Virus record (IMG/VR): IMGVR_UViG_3300027533_000667
Coordinates: 13,626 to 77,625 of that record
DNA: 64,000 nt
Source: a virus
Taxonomy: Duplodnaviria; Caudoviricetes
Reading direction: 5' to 3' (one strand)
Shown: positions 63,186 to 64,000 of the stretch, one piece after another
How positions within the stretch are numbered: the stretch's first letter is position 1
Layout of the letters: every line of letters begins with the position of its first letter
Position numbers and translations under genes: made by a program
The notes under the pieces: generated by a model
Seen by the model: only the letters and a program-made list of their open reading frames with translations
Told to the model about the DNA's origin: nothing
Databases searched by the model: none

Positions 63186-63500
63186 ATGATAAGAGACCAT
63201 CTGGCGATCCGATACAGATTCGGATACGAGTACGGCATTCCTCGGCACGTCGTTCGAGAGCTGATCCACATGGCAAACAACGCAGCGTATGCCAACGAGC
63301 GGTCGTGTAACGGGGATCGGCATCCTGGCGAACCTGGTGCCGATAAGAACCGCAACAGCGAGTTGTGGGGCATTTCGTGCGACGTGTGGACTTCTGGCAT
63401 TCTTCGCACGATGCAGCCTTACGGATTCACGGATGTAGTTTTCACTGGACTTCGCCCGACGCTCAAACGCAATGAGCAATTCGTCGAAATTCCTAACTAG
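63186..63500 (+). CDS. hypothetical phage protein
   Basis: AGGAG SD. Confidence 0.55.
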   Translation: MIRDHLAIRYRFGYEYGIPRHVVRELIHMANNAAYANERSCNGDRHPGEPGADKNRNSELWGISCDVWTSGILRTMQPYGFTDVVFTGLRPTLKRNEQFVEIPN

Positions 63501-63511
63501 GAGAATTGGTC

Positions 63512-64000
63512 ATGGCAGAACAGTTGCTTTCGTTTCATGGTGATAAAGCGATCAAAAAGAAATATCTTGATCGCGTCAGACTCCATGCAAAGGCAGATGA
63601 AATTGTGAAAGGTCAGTATTGGAAAGACGGCAAAGGATGCGCCGTTGCTTGTACAATTCATGGATACCTGCACAGCAGATATGAAATTGAGTTAGGCATT
63701 CCCGAATGGCTGGCTCGATTGGAGGATGGTCTGTTTGAGCATCTTCCAAACGGACATGCAATATCGTTCCCAGCTAAGTTTCTGTCTGCCATTCCAATAG
63801 GCAAAAACCTAGAGCCTGTGAAATGGAAGTTCGCTTTGTTTCTGTTGGAAGAAAACAAAGCGAGAGTTCAATCATTGCAGATTAGCGATGATTTGAAACT
63901 GAAAGTGATCGCCGCAATTAATCAAGTATCCCTAGTCAATCAATCTGCAATTGATACTGGTGTGTGGGATGACAAAGCGGCGAGGTCGGCGGCGAGGTCG
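63512..64000 (+). CDS. conserved phage protein with C-terminal SAARSAA repeats (truncated by window end)
   Basis: AGGAG SD; SFHGD..IKKKYLDRVR.H..ADEIVKGQYW..GKGCAVACTIH...YE.ELGIPEWLARLED.LFE.LP; the frame stays open to 64000. Confidence 0.75.
   Translation, partial: MAEQLLSFHGDKAIKKKYLDRVRLHAKADEIVKGQYWKDGKGCAVACTIHGYLHSRYEIELGIPEWLARLEDGLFEHLPNGHAISFPAKFLSAIPIGKNLEPVKWKFALFLLEENKARVQSLQISDDLKLKVIAAINQVSLVNQSAIDTGVWDDKAARSAARS

Noticed and set aside
1-64000. Diversity-generating retroelement, retron, integrase or base-modification cluster
   Set aside because: No reverse transcriptase, recombinase, glycosyltransferase or queuosine/Z-base pathway motifs were recognised in any ORF.

Overview
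This window is a segment of a tailed dsDNA phage genome (siphovirus-like: tape measure and tail tube present, no sheath or baseplate). The host is probably a planctomycete (Gemmataceae-like), inferred from a TIGR02996-domain gene and planctomycete-style exported proteins. There are three blocks. (1) 1-23010 (+): small early genes and a replication/recombination module with a DNA adenine methylase, a family A polymerase split into UDG+3'-5' exonuclease and polymerase genes, a thyX remnant, MazG-like pyrophosphatase, DnaX-like clamp loader, SSB, RecA-like protein, HNH nucleases, 5'-3' exonuclease, J-domain protein, resolvase and a SbcCD with SbcC in pieces. (2) 23054-52035 (-): morphogenesis genes (tail, encapsulin-like capsid, DUF2213 protease, fibre genes including a G8-PKD protein, portal) and a membrane-protein/subtilase cluster where lysis genes would be expected. 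(3) 52306-64000 (+): terminase, about 1 kb of non-coding DNA, then many small early genes. The best candidate for a new system is a promoter-led, roughly 530-nt, densely structured RNA (55470-56000; GNRA and cUACGg tetraloops, G-U pairs that work only on the + strand) co-transcribed with one orphan 226-aa ORF and closed by a terminator. I recognised no integrase, tRNA, CRISPR array, primase, helicase, sliding clamp or classical endolysin. All family assignments come from motif recognition by eye; no database searches were run.
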